From a virus (lineage: Duplodnaviria > Caudoviricetes), in IMG/VR virus record IMGVR_UViG_3300032305_000487, positions 1 to 45,228 of that record: a stretch of 45,228 nucleotides of DNA; one strand, 5' to 3'. Each line of letters opens with the position of its first letter. The first letter of the stretch is position 1. A program made the translations under genes and the position numbers. Shown one piece after another: positions 19,716-28,571 of this stretch. The notes under the pieces are model-generated. The model was not told where the DNA came from. It worked only from the letters and a program-made list of their open reading frames with translations, and made no database searches.

Positions 19716-21263
19716 TCAACTCAGTATTTCCCCGTATAGGTCAATAATTTTGTGATGAATATCGACTTTGTTATTCAACATGGTGTACATGCGGCGTTCT
19801 ACACCACTACCCTGCAAGTGCACTACAACCGATGGGTTCTTCTGCCCTGCCCTATGGACTCGTGCGTTGCATTGCAAATATGTCTCTACGGACATTACCG
19901 GACTCCAATACACAATCGTGTTTGCGGCATGTAGGGTGACCCCGTGTGACGCCGCTTGCGGTTGTATGACTAACACTTGTGGGCTGTCGGTCGTTTGGAA
20001 TCTCTCAAAAATTTCTGTGCGTTTGCTTGCGGATACCCCGCCGTGAATGACTGCGGTTGCGTACCCGTGTTTCTTTAAGTCTTCTAATACAACTTCAATC
20101 GCATGTCTAAACGGAACGAACACCAGCACCTTGTGGCTGGACTCCTCAATCACTTCGCGCAAGACAGCTAGGCGGTTGCTTGCATCGAACTGCACAACTT
20201 CGCCTGTATCGGAATACACCGCGCCACCCGATAGTTGCAGTAGCTTGTTGAGGTTGGCGGCGGCGTTGACTGTAGTTATTTCCTCCCCCGCCGCTTGCAC
20301 AATTAACTGGCGGCGGAGTAGCTCGTAGTATTTCTCTTGCTGTGCAGTAAGTGGTACGTCCCGCGTTACGTAGGTCATTTCGGGCAAGTCTAAGCATTGC
20401 TCCTTTGTAAAACGTATCGCGGGCTGTAGCGCCCTGTACACCGTATCGTTAGCATTGGGCTTTGGCACCCACTTGAACTGCGTGACTTTGTTCATCACTT
20501 GGTCTCTGAACCCACCAAAAAATCGGGGAATATTATTGGGGTTCACTAACTTTGCTATGCCATACGCATCTACTGGGGACTGTGAGGCTGGCGTTCCTGT
20601 CAACATCCACAGCCACGAGTTCGGGTGTAGTAATTTACTCAGGATTTTCCAACGCTTTGTCTGAGGATTTTTGTAGGCGTTTGCCTCATCAACCACGATT
20701 AAATCAAAGCCACCCTGTGCAACGGCTTCTGCTACGATTTCTAGGCCGTCGTAGTTGATGATGACAAACTCTGCATCACCCTTAATGATTTCTCTGCGTT
20801 TCTCAGGCTTGCCATACGCAACATCTACCCTGCGGTGCATTGCAAATCTAAACAAGTCATTACGCCATGCCGAGTCCATGATGGACAAGGGGCAGATTAC
20901 AAGCACGCGCTTGATAATCTTTTGCGTCATTAGGTAGTCTGCCGACCATATAACACTAGCCGTTTTGCCTGTGCCCTGTTCGTTGAAACAGAACGCACGG
21001 CGGTGCATGGTCAGAAAAGACGATGTAATTTTTTGATGGTCAAACGGTTTATAAAGCCCCGGCCATTTGTACGTTCCATTGATAGGTGATGGTACGTTGA
21101 TACGTAAATTCTTCAGCACCAGAGCCTCTTCTAAGCCCCAGTTCACCAGCACACTCGCTGAGTTCTCGTCTTTTTCCAACACCTTGCTCTTCGGAATCAC
21201 CGTAGTGATTCTGTCGGGGTGCTTTACCTTGAGCAATATTGCTCTGTTCTCAATAATCTCCAT
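19716..21263 (-). CDS. SNF2-family (SF2) helicase
   Basis: EQGTGKT (motif I), VVDEA (II), LTGTP (III), HGVTL (V), QCNARVHRAGQ (VI). ATG at 21263 has a GGAGAG RBS. Confidence 0.9.
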   Translation of the reverse strand: MEIIENRAILLKVKHPDRITTVIPKSKVLEKDENSASVLVNWGLEEALVLKNLRINVPSPINGTYKWPGLYKPFDHQKITSSFLTMHRRAFCFNEQGTGKTASVIWSADYLMTQKIIKRVLVICPLSIMDSAWRNDLFRFAMHRRVDVAYGKPEKRREIIKGDAEFVIINYDGLEIVAEAVAQGGFDLIVVDEANAYKNPQTKRWKILSKLLHPNSWLWMLTGTPASQSPVDAYGIAKLVNPNNIPRFFGGFRDQVMNKVTQFKWVPKPNANDTVYRALQPAIRFTKEQCLDLPEMTYVTRDVPLTAQQEKYYELLRRQLIVQAAGEEITTVNAAANLNKLLQLSGGAVYSDTGEVVQFDASNRLAVLREVIEESSHKVLVFVPFRHAIEVVLEDLKKHGYATAVIHGGVSASKRTEIFERFQTTDSPQVLVIQPQAASHGVTLHAANTIVYWSPVMSVETYLQCNARVHRAGQKNPSVVVHLQGSGVERRMYTMLNNKVDIHHKIIDLYGEILS

Positions 21264-21467
21264 GCTCTCTCCGATAGTTATGCTCTCCAAACACGGTCTG
21301 TGTTTAGAGGAAATTGGCGGCACCTTGCGGGTGCCAATCGGTTAAATCACCTACCTCTAGAAAGGGGAGCGGTAGGCTTTAACTGGTGTGGTTTTCGTTT
21401 ACATGAAGGGATTGACAGCCCTCGCGCCCCTACCACTCACACCTAACCTTGGGGCGCACTAACAACT

Positions 21468-21728
21468 TTATTTCATTGACTTGTCTGAATTCCTTTTGAA
21501 CGAACGATTCTTTGCGGGGGCTTGCAAGGTGTAACCCTCTTTGTTAGTGCCACCCTTACTCAGCGCAACCTTGTGGGCAACATCTTTACCCTTGCGGTCT
21601 ACGCCCTTCTTGTCCAGCGCACGTCTAGCGCGTTGGCGTTCCATGCGTGCTTCGTGTGCACCCGCACGCTTCTTTTCCAGTTCCCACTCATGCTTGGCAT
21701 CGCGGTCTGATTTGTTTTTGTAAGTCAT
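21468..21728 (-). CDS. Small HNH-like protein
   Basis: KDVAHKVALSKGGTN...NRS resembles short phage HNH proteins; very basic. Confidence 0.55.
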   Translation of the reverse strand: MTYKNKSDRDAKHEWELEKKRAGAHEARMERQRARRALDKKGVDRKGKDVAHKVALSKGGTNKEGYTLQAPAKNRSFKRNSDKSMK

Positions 21729-22414
21729 TATTCGTTACTTCCGTTGTGTGGGCATATAAGCACGGGACACCATGCTTTGCAAGTAAAATTTTTCTTTGGG
21801 TTGAACACACCTGATTCGTATGCCGTTTCACGGGACACCAACATGTTATCCAGTTGCGCAAATATGTTAAACCCAGTAGCCGCCTTGTACTGCGCCCTGA
21901 TGAAGTCACCCACCACGACAAACAGTAGCCCACCCTTCACAGTCTCTATCTCAGGGAAATGCACAAATATGCAAGCCGCCATTAGCGCAAGTTGTTTAGG
22001 GTCAGCGTACTTACTGCTCTTGCCCGTCTTGTAGTCAACCACACGGGCTTCTTTCTTTTCTTTGTTGATGACGATTAGGTCAGCAACGCCGCGATACCAA
22101 ACATCTTTGGCAAAGAAGTCGCAAGGTACAAGGCGTCCATCTTCTTTCTTGATGCCCATCTTGAGTTCGCAATGCTTCTCGCCTTTCATGTTCTTCAACA
22201 CATCCAACATCGGCAATATGTAGTCGTACTTTGCGGGTAGTGGTTTGTCGTCCCGTATGTAGTGCTCTGCGGCAGAGTGCAAGTCTTTGCCGTACATCAT
22301 CGCGTCGCTCTCAGGTTCTTTGATGTCCTTTGCCACTCGCAAGTGGTAGTATTTTTTAGGGCATTGGTCGAACAGCGTGATGCTCGAGTAACTCCATGCA
22401 GGTGCTTTGTTCAT
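21728..22414 (-). CDS. PD-(D/E)XK (RecB/Cas4-like) exonuclease
   Basis: WSYSS...QCPKKY, GVADL, VVDYKTGK, QLALMA and C-terminal CKAWCPVLIC. Confidence 0.85.
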   Translation of the reverse strand: MNKAPAWSYSSITLFDQCPKKYYHLRVAKDIKEPESDAMMYGKDLHSAAEHYIRDDKPLPAKYDYILPMLDVLKNMKGEKHCELKMGIKKEDGRLVPCDFFAKDVWYRGVADLIVINKEKKEARVVDYKTGKSSKYADPKQLALMAACIFVHFPEIETVKGGLLFVVVGDFIRAQYKAATGFNIFAQLDNMLVSRETAYESGVFNPKKNFTCKAWCPVLICPHNGSNE

Positions 22415-22575
22415 TAGTTTGTAGCCCCTATGTGAACCCAACGCATTACGGTCTCGTCGTAAATCATTGGAGGCATGACGGGATGCTTAATGACCACTTC
22501 ATTAGCGGAAGTAAGCACCATCTCGGTCTTCTCATCGTACCCAAGCGGGAACGTGGTAATAGGTTGCGGTGTCAT
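22414..22575 (-). CDS. 53-aa hypothetical protein (not in the ORF track)
   Basis: MTPQPITTFPLGYDEK...WVHIGATN exactly fills the gap between the polymerase stop and the nuclease start (TAATG overlap). Confidence 0.65.
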   Translation of the reverse strand: MTPQPITTFPLGYDEKTEMVLTSANEVVIKHPVMPPMIYDETVMRWVHIGATN

Positions 22576-24408
22576 TTAACAATCTCCATAGCTCTCTCCA
22601 TAGCCAGCCTCACAATTTAATGGTATGCCTTTCGCCCATTCGGGTACATAGCGCATACAGTCCATCACGTATTGCTTGGCTTCTTCAGCTTCTTCTTTTG
22701 TGGCAACGCACGCCACAGCATCGTGAACAGTAAGCACGACACGGTATCTCTTTGCAATCTTCAACATCTGCTCGCCAATGATGCAACGCGCCAAGCCCTG
22801 ACAAACGTTCTCTGTCAACTTGCCGCCGTACAGTTTCACTATGCCCTTACGAGAGTCATAGACGTACTGCGTCTTGCCTTGTCTGTCCACCATTTTTCGC
22901 AAGTTTGGATACCGTTGGTACAAACCGTTAGGCATGAGGATACCATCTTTATGTATCTCAATGCAACCGTTGCCCCACTTGGTTGTTTGCCCGTTTGCTA
23001 GAGCAGTAATCGCCGTGGAGCCAGCTTGCCATAGGGCGGGGATATAGGGATAGGTCTCTCGATAGGTTTTGATAATCCCTGCGGCTTCTCCCTCAGTAAC
23101 CGTGACGTCAAACGTCTTGAGTTGCGCTTGGAACTTCGCACTGCCCATGCCATAACCCGCTCCAAGAATTGTGGTTTTACCCACAAAGCGTTCGGGGTTC
23201 GCCTTAGTATCCAAGACTTCTTCGATGGGCTTGCGGTAAATCTGCGATGCCATGATTTTGTATACGTCCTTGCCATTCTTAAACGCCTCCACTAAATCTG
23301 TTTGTCCCGCAAACCATGCAAGCACACGGGCTTCAATCTGCGATGAGTCGCAGTCAATAATCACATGCCCTTCGGGGGCTAAGATTGCGTTCTTCAATAC
23401 CCCTGCGTTCTCGCCACGTGAAGGAAAGTTTTGGAAGTTCAGTTTGTCCGACCCACCCCACCGTCCCGTGTGTGCGGCGTAGTATGAGAGGGGTACAGGT
23501 ATCAGTCCCCTTGTGGCAATCCCAATCAACCGCTCGGTGCGCGTCTCCTCAAGCGTAGTCTTATTGCCAAGCCGTGCGGCAACCAGTGCTTGCACACGTA
23601 TATCTTTGTGGTCAGCCATCGCCTTGAACTCTTCGTCGTTCTTCGCCAGTGCAAGCGTCTCCTTGCCCGTAGTTGGGCTTATCTTCATGGGCGGTTCGAC
23701 GCCTAGCTTACGTAGAACTTCTGCAAACTTCTTGTTGGACATTAAATCTTCAAGAGAACAGCCTGCTGCTGCAAGTGATTTAGCCTTCTTACCACGTACT
23801 TGCACAAGGTGTTTCTCAAGTAGCCCGGGATCGAGCCTTAAAACTGGTTCTGTAAACATCCTGATAGTTGTATCAATCAACTTCAACTCCACCATCTTGA
23901 ATGAAGGCAGTAGTGTTCGGAACAAGTCGTAGGTAAGTGCTACGTCGTTCTTACAGTAGTCACCATAGGCATCAAGCTGTCGCGTTGTGAAGTCCTCGCG
24001 CTTCAAGTCAATAGCCGTTACAACTTCTTTACCCTTGACGCCTAGCCCATAGTGCACAGCCAACTTCTCAAGACTGCCACCCACCTCAGTGCCATGCACG
24101 GCACGCGCCATGCTCAACGTGTCACCGATAGCCATAGGCTTGATGTTGTAGTGCCAACTTAGGATTGCCATATCAAACATGGCATTGTGTGCAACCGCCA
24201 TGCTGTTAGCCCAATCAAACTTCTTTAAGAACTCGTAGGTCTGCATGTAGTCACCACTGAACCACTCAGGCTTGCCACCATCCACTTGCACCGACACACC
24301 AATCACATGGAATCGCGGGTCACGCACATACTCCTCAGTGGTCTGCTTCTTAAAGCCTAAATCCCCACTGGTGTAGTACGTCTCAAAATCTACGGTCAAT
24401 ACGTTCAC
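22576..24408 (-). CDS. polA: Family A DNA polymerase with 3'-5' exonuclease domain
   Basis: ExoI VDFET, ExoII HNAMFD, ExoIII YCKND; HTGRWGG; motif A DSSQIEAR; motif B KTTILGAGYGMG; motif C TVHDAV. Confidence 0.95.
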   Translation of the reverse strand: MNVLTVDFETYYTSGDLGFKKQTTEEYVRDPRFHVIGVSVQVDGGKPEWFSGDYMQTYEFLKKFDWANSMAVAHNAMFDMAILSWHYNIKPMAIGDTLSMARAVHGTEVGGSLEKLAVHYGLGVKGKEVVTAIDLKREDFTTRQLDAYGDYCKNDVALTYDLFRTLLPSFKMVELKLIDTTIRMFTEPVLRLDPGLLEKHLVQVRGKKAKSLAAAGCSLEDLMSNKKFAEVLRKLGVEPPMKISPTTGKETLALAKNDEEFKAMADHKDIRVQALVAARLGNKTTLEETRTERLIGIATRGLIPVPLSYYAAHTGRWGGSDKLNFQNFPSRGENAGVLKNAILAPEGHVIIDCDSSQIEARVLAWFAGQTDLVEAFKNGKDVYKIMASQIYRKPIEEVLDTKANPERFVGKTTILGAGYGMGSAKFQAQLKTFDVTVTEGEAAGIIKTYRETYPYIPALWQAGSTAITALANGQTTKWGNGCIEIHKDGILMPNGLYQRYPNLRKMVDRQGKTQYVYDSRKGIVKLYGGKLTENVCQGLARCIIGEQMLKIAKRYRVVLTVHDAVACVATKEEAEEAKQYVMDCMRYVPEWAKGIPLNCEAGYGESYGDC

Positions 24409-24755
24409 GCGTTCTTCTCCTTGAGTTTGTTGTTGATGTTCTCATAGGTTGCCCGTAACGACACCTCCATGCTGCCTACATGCTTAACTCCGTCTTTGTC
24501 GATGTACGGCGGGTCATAGTCAAAGCGTTTAAACACAGTGCATTCCATAAGCTCCGCATCCGTCAGCCCCACCCACTCTTTGCGTATGAACACTACGCCC
24601 TTGGTCTCACGCTCATCGTGCATCGGGCATCCGCGCTCGGCGCATCCTTCGTCTAATATCATGTGTTCTCCCCACTTCTCGCAGTCTTTTACGCTTTTAA
24701 GCCCCATCGCGTTGGCTACGGCTCGGTCAAGTGCGGCTCCTGTCAGTTTGCTCAT
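24405..24755 (-). CDS. Hypothetical protein with WVGLT...KLKEKNA motif
   Basis: ATG at 24755 overlaps the upstream stop; motif shared with 25377-25796. Confidence 0.65.
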   Translation of the reverse strand: MSKLTGAALDRAVANAMGLKSVKDCEKWGEHMILDEGCAERGCPMHDERETKGVVFIRKEWVGLTDAELMECTVFKRFDYDPPYIDKDGVKHVGSMEVSLRATYENINNKLKEKNA

Positions 24756-25117
24756 GTCTTCTCCGGTCTTTGTTCGTAGCAATTCATCCCCATAAAGTCA
24801 TCGGGGTGGAACAGCAGCTTGGGCATCGTTTGGCATTCGCCCTGTAACATGCCATCTTTTCTTGGCTCATGCTTTACGCGAACAAGATGCTTGCAGGTAT
24901 TGCAGTTGGCCTCGCTCTCGTCAAAATTGCGCTTGGACTTCTTAAAGAATGGCAGTGCAGTCGGGTGGCACACGTATGTACCGTTGACCTGTGGTACACA
25001 TGCACCCAAAAAGATGGACTCCTCACGCGACACCTTCAACCCCGTGTACTGGCAGGTGTACAACCCTTCAGCGTCCGGTTCGTTAAGTATCGGCTTGCCG
25101 TTTGGCGCTCGTATCAT
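24752..25117 (-). CDS. Cys-rich hypothetical protein
   Basis: 121 aa, CNTCKH and other Cys residues, coupled starts and stops. Confidence 0.6.
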   Translation of the reverse strand: MIRAPNGKPILNEPDAEGLYTCQYTGLKVSREESIFLGACVPQVNGTYVCHPTALPFFKKSKRNFDESEANCNTCKHLVRVKHEPRKDGMLQGECQTMPKLLFHPDDFMGMNCYEQRPEKT

Positions 25118-25380
25118 GTGTTCTCCATAATTTTTTCAAGCAACGCAGCTTCGTTTTGTCTCCACTGCGGCACTACAGTCGGGTCGTACAGCATGTAGTG
25201 GTCGTACATCTTGAGCATGGTCTCGCGGTCAATGTAATAGTTGCGCGTCACAGCCAACTCAAAAATGTCTTTTGCAAATGCTCTCATTGCGTTTTTGTGG
25301 TGGTGATCATCAGCGTCCCAATATGGCAGCAGCTTGGCTTGCCAGTTCAGGTCGTTACCGTTTCTGCGTAGCACTTTCAT
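25114..25380 (-). CDS. Hypothetical protein
   Basis: ATG at 25380 with AAGGAG RBS, ATGA overlap. Confidence 0.6.
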   Translation of the reverse strand: MKVLRRNGNDLNWQAKLLPYWDADDHHHKNAMRAFAKDIFELAVTRNYYIDRETMLKMYDHYMLYDPTVVPQWRQNEAALLEKIMENT

Positions 25381-25796
25381 GCGTTCTTCTCCTTGAGTTT
25401 GGCTGTTGTCATTTGCACGGCTTGAACACGAGTCAATGCCAAATGGCTTATTTCTATAACTTCTTCTTCCGTCAGCCCTACCCACGGCTTCTTGTAGTCT
25501 TGGATGTCATCGTCTTCATCAACCAAGGCTTTGTTGACTGCCAGATCAATGTCTGAAGTAACCTTGGCAATATGTTCCTCGACTATTGTCTGTGGTGGTG
25601 TACATGTGTGAATGTAGTTCACATCCCCGCCCCTGCGCTTGCCGCACCTCGGGCAGAAGTTTCGATCCTCTGGCTGTGCCAAAACTTGCTTAATTGCAAT
25701 CAAAGCATCAAGCCTGCGCCGTTTAAAGTTGGAATGTTCAAGGTTTTCCAATGCTATCTGCGCCAGCTTCAGGGCTTCGTCTTTAGTCATGCTCAT
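25377..25796 (-). CDS. Hypothetical protein with CPRCG zinc knuckle and WVGLT...KLKEKNA motif
   Basis: NFCPRCGK...HTC, PWVGLTEEE, KLKEKNA; AGGAGG RBS. Confidence 0.65.
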   Translation of the reverse strand: MSMTKDEALKLAQIALENLEHSNFKRRRLDALIAIKQVLAQPEDRNFCPRCGKRRGGDVNYIHTCTPPQTIVEEHIAKVTSDIDLAVNKALVDEDDDIQDYKKPWVGLTEEEVIEISHLALTRVQAVQMTTAKLKEKNA

Positions 25797-25944
25797 CCTC
25801 CTTTGCTTCATCAATCAGTTGCTGTTTAACAAACTCCAAGCAGCCAACCACGGTTGCCAAGTGCATTGAGCCGTCATATTGGTGAATCACTTTGAGCAAT
25901 TCCTCCACAAAGCTGTCTATGAGTTTCTTTTGGTCAAAGTTCAT
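25783..25944 (-). CDS. 53-aa hypothetical protein (not in the ORF track)
   Basis: MNFDQKKLIDSFVEELL...EAKEDEHD; overlaps both neighbours. Confidence 0.6.
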   Translation of the reverse strand: MNFDQKKLIDSFVEELLKVIHQYDGSMHLATVVGCLEFVKQQLIDEAKEDEHD

Positions 25945-26096
25945 GCTTCCCCCTCTAAGATAAGTTTCTCCAGTGTCGCCATTGCCGTGACCAAATCGTT
26001 ATCAATAAAATATGGCAGTGGGTTCTTCGTGCTGTATGCCCATGACTCCAGTGCCGACAGCAGTTTAAAAATGCGTAGTGCGTCTAACTTGGTCAT
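25941..26096 (-). CDS. 51-aa hypothetical protein (not in the ORF track)
   Basis: MTKLDALRIFKLLSALESWA...LEGEA; GGAGGAG RBS, ATGA overlaps at both ends. Confidence 0.6.
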   Translation of the reverse strand: MTKLDALRIFKLLSALESWAYSTKNPLPYFIDNDLVTAMATLEKLILEGEA

Positions 26097-26392
26097 TTGC
26101 TCTCCTCCGCTTTGGTTATATCCTGCAACGCCTTGTACTGTGCTTGCAGTTCATCGTAGTTTTCTACGGTTCGTTGCAGTATGTACCGCAACTCTTTTAT
26201 TTGTTCTTCAAACGTAGCCACCGGATTCATTGCCGACGTCCATCCGCTTTGGCTGTTATACAACGCGTTAGCACCTATCTGTTGCGTGTGCGTGTGCGCG
26301 TACGGGTTCGTGGTACTGGTTACCCACAATGCGTTATTTTGAATAGTGGGCTGTTGCCCACTCCCACCAAAGATGTGGTCAAATATTCCCAT
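26093..26392 (-). CDS. Hypothetical protein with C-terminal coiled coil
   Basis: ATG at 26392 with GAGGT RBS. Confidence 0.55.
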   Translation of the reverse strand: MGIFDHIFGGSGQQPTIQNNALWVTSTTNPYAHTHTQQIGANALYNSQSGWTSAMNPVATFEEQIKELRYILQRTVENYDELQAQYKALQDITKAEESK

Positions 26393-26639
26393 AATGCACC
26401 TCGTCACCTTCACGTTTAACTTCGGGGCGTGCTAACCCACCAACACCAACTCTACTTGCACGTTTCAAATCTTCAACCGCTTTATGCTGTGCAACGATTT
26501 CGGGGTACGCCTCTTGCAACCACTTATCACGCTCGAACATAACTTCCCAACGCTTCCACATGGCTTTCATTGTTTCGTTCTGCAAACTGATACGGTCGTC
26601 AAGACGTTTTAACTCTTCTCTTGTTTCGTCTGCGTTCAT
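26379..26639 (-). CDS. Hypothetical protein
   Basis: 86-aa ORF; WLQEAYPEIVAQHKAV resembles WIAETYPDIIKQYDAI in the neighbouring gene. Confidence 0.6.
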   Translation of the reverse strand: MNADETREELKRLDDRISLQNETMKAMWKRWEVMFERDKWLQEAYPEIVAQHKAVEDLKRASRVGVGGLARPEVKREGDEVHYGNI

Positions 26640-26914
26640 TTGATTTCTCCAAAAAACGGTTCAGTGTTTTTGTCTGCCCATGCAGATTGGTCAGCCTTCT
26701 CAAGTTCACGTATGGCGTCGTACTGCTTGATGATGTCGGGGTATGTTTCTGCTATCCAATCCAACTTCCTACCCTCAAACACACTAAACAACTTCAACTC
26801 TTGTATGTCGGCTTCTAGTTTCTGTACGTGTTTACGTACGTCAGGGTGTAGGAATGGATTCTCTCGCCACTCCCCAAGTTCTTGCTCTTTCATCTTGGTC
26901 ATATCAGCCTCCAA
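26636..26914 (-). CDS. Hypothetical protein
   Basis: ORF in a tightly packed operon; the start may be the ATG at 26902. Confidence 0.6.
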   Translation of the reverse strand: MEADMTKMKEQELGEWRENPFLHPDVRKHVQKLEADIQELKLFSVFEGRKLDWIAETYPDIIKQYDAIRELEKADQSAWADKNTEPFFGEIK

Positions 26915-27506
26915 AAATTTGCTTCAGTCGGTCGTACAACCCACGTGCTTGGATAACTGACAAAGAGTTAATCACATCATCGGCTACCCACTCAACTGTC
27001 GCGGGTCTCCAAGACTTCATCGCTGTACCCATCTCCCCTACCTTCTTCTCAGGCACCAAGTCGCTAATGCCAACCTGTGTAGCCCTCGCTTCGCGCTTCG
27101 CTTCTTTTGCCGCACGTGCCATAGCCGCACGCTCGACCATACCTTTCATCTTGTCTTTCTCCGCTTTCTTGCGTGTCTTGCGTATGTCTTCGGGCACAAC
27201 AAAGTAAGTAAATGTTTGGCGCAAACCTCGTGCTGTTTTAACGGTAGCGCCATACCGGTCTAAGTAGTGTGCATCTGTCAACTGCTTGAGGATTGATGCT
27301 ATGTTCTTAAAACTAATATCGGGGTGCTTTTGCGTTATTTTGTCACGCAGTGCAACGCTCTCGATGTTTGGGTTGGCTTCGATGAAGCTCATAATTTTTG
27401 ATGTAATTGACTGTTTCTTTTCCACGGTCTTCTCCTGTATAGGTTGTTCGTCTTCTTTATCCCACTCTTGTATGACTTTAGCCATTTGTTCTCTTAAAGT
27501 TCCCAT
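26904..27506 (-). CDS. Putative winged-helix DNA-binding protein
   Basis: KIMSFIEANPNIES...NIASILKQL..AHYL.R followed by a beta hairpin and a basic helix. Confidence 0.45.
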   Translation of the reverse strand: MGTLREQMAKVIQEWDKEDEQPIQEKTVEKKQSITSKIMSFIEANPNIESVALRDKITQKHPDISFKNIASILKQLTDAHYLDRYGATVKTARGLRQTFTYFVVPEDIRKTRKKAEKDKMKGMVERAAMARAAKEAKREARATQVGISDLVPEKKVGEMGTAMKSWRPATVEWVADDVINSLSVIQARGLYDRLKQIFGG

Positions 27507-27793
27507 TACTTCTCTCCTAACATAGTGTGGACTTCGTTTATGTTGTCCTCGTTTACCACCATCACACGCCCACCAGCCTCTCTGATTTGCGCGATGTTCT
27601 TGTCTTGCAACGCAGTGGTCTTACCCTTACCCGCCTTGCACTCTATTGCAAAAAATCTTCCACAATGACAGCCAACAATGTCGGGTGTACCCGATACGCC
27701 ATAGCCACCCGACACGGGGTAGAAGTAATACATGTTGTCGTATTCCTTCAATATCTTTACAACCGCGTTCTTAACTTTCTTTTCGGGGGTCAT
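27506..27793 (-). CDS. VRR-NUC nuclease / Holliday-junction resolvase-like protein
   Basis: PE...GTPDIV...FAIECKAGKGK..ALQ......I..AGG motif. Confidence 0.85.
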   Translation of the reverse strand: MTPEKKVKNAVVKILKEYDNMYYFYPVSGGYGVSGTPDIVGCHCGRFFAIECKAGKGKTTALQDKNIAQIREAGGRVMVVNEDNINEVHTMLGEK

Positions 27794-28049
27794 TGATTAC
27801 CTCCTTTAATTTCTGCATGTAGTGCCGTGCTTTACCCGCGTCGTCACTACCCTCTTTTCGTCCCGCACGTAGGGAATATTTAATTACGTTGCCCTTGAGA
27901 AACCCAATGAACTCCTCACGAGTAAGCACCGACTCCATCACATGCCACGGTTGCACTGCCATATCTTTGTAGTGGTTACCGCTCACCTGTATATCGTCTG
28001 CTGTTGTGCCGTTGAAACCTAGTTCTTCGTGTGTCATCTTTACTTCCAA
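27771..28049 (-). CDS. DUF3310 family protein (T7 gp1.7-like)
   Basis: QVSGNHYK...GFLKGNVIKY..RAG.K...D..KA.HY signature. Confidence 0.85.
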   Translation of the reverse strand: MEVKMTHEELGFNGTTADDIQVSGNHYKDMAVQPWHVMESVLTREEFIGFLKGNVIKYSLRAGRKEGSDDAGKARHYMQKLKEVINDPRKES

Positions 28050-28267
28050 AATTGTTTAAGTGCATCAGTCGCAAAAGTCTTTTGGTATTCCGTTTGTTTG
28101 GGTGTGGTTAACCTATTCTTTTTAGGCAACACCCCTTCAAATACCTCTTCTCTACTTTTAAAATGGCAAAAACAAAGTTTGCAATACCTTCTACGATAGG
28201 TGAACTCTTCGTTCTGAATTGTTTCAACAACCGCTATCTTGTCTCCCCCGCATTTGGGGCACTTCAT
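28040..28267 (-). CDS. NrdR-like zinc-ribbon protein
   Basis: MKCPKCG...V.ET.......RRRYC..C...F.S.E. Confidence 0.7.
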   Translation of the reverse strand: MKCPKCGGDKIAVVETIQNEEFTYRRRYCKLCFCHFKSREEVFEGVLPKKNRLTTPKQTEYQKTFATDALKQFWK

Positions 28268-28464
28268 TCTTCAGCCTCGTAAATATCTTTAGGTGGGACA
28301 ACGACATTGTTAGGTACCACCCCCGCATCCATCATCTTACGAATGATCGACATTTGTGACGGGTTCACAAATATCTTTGTGGGTGATGCTTGTATGGGCG
28401 ACGGGCCAATCATGCTGTTTAACTGCGCAATAGCTTCTTCTAGTGTCATTTCTTTATCGCTCAT
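28264..28464 (-). CDS. Hypothetical protein
   Basis: 66-aa ORF coupled to its neighbours. Confidence 0.55.
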   Translation of the reverse strand: MSDKEMTLEEAIAQLNSMIGPSPIQASPTKIFVNPSQMSIIRKMMDAGVVPNNVVVPPKDIYEAEE

Positions 28465-28569
28465 TTATATATCCTCTCTACTAATCATCACGATTGCTAT
28501 ACCAACGGCAACAACAAGTATTGCGCCAAGGCACATTAGAAATACTATCCATGCGACTGTTTCTAGCAT
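28465..28569 (-). CDS. 34-aa single-pass membrane peptide (not in the ORF track)
   Basis: MLETVAWIVFLMCLGAILVVAVGIAIVMISREDI; GGAGG RBS. Confidence 0.6.
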   Translation of the reverse strand: MLETVAWIVFLMCLGAILVVAVGIAIVMISREDI

Positions 28570-28571
28570 TT

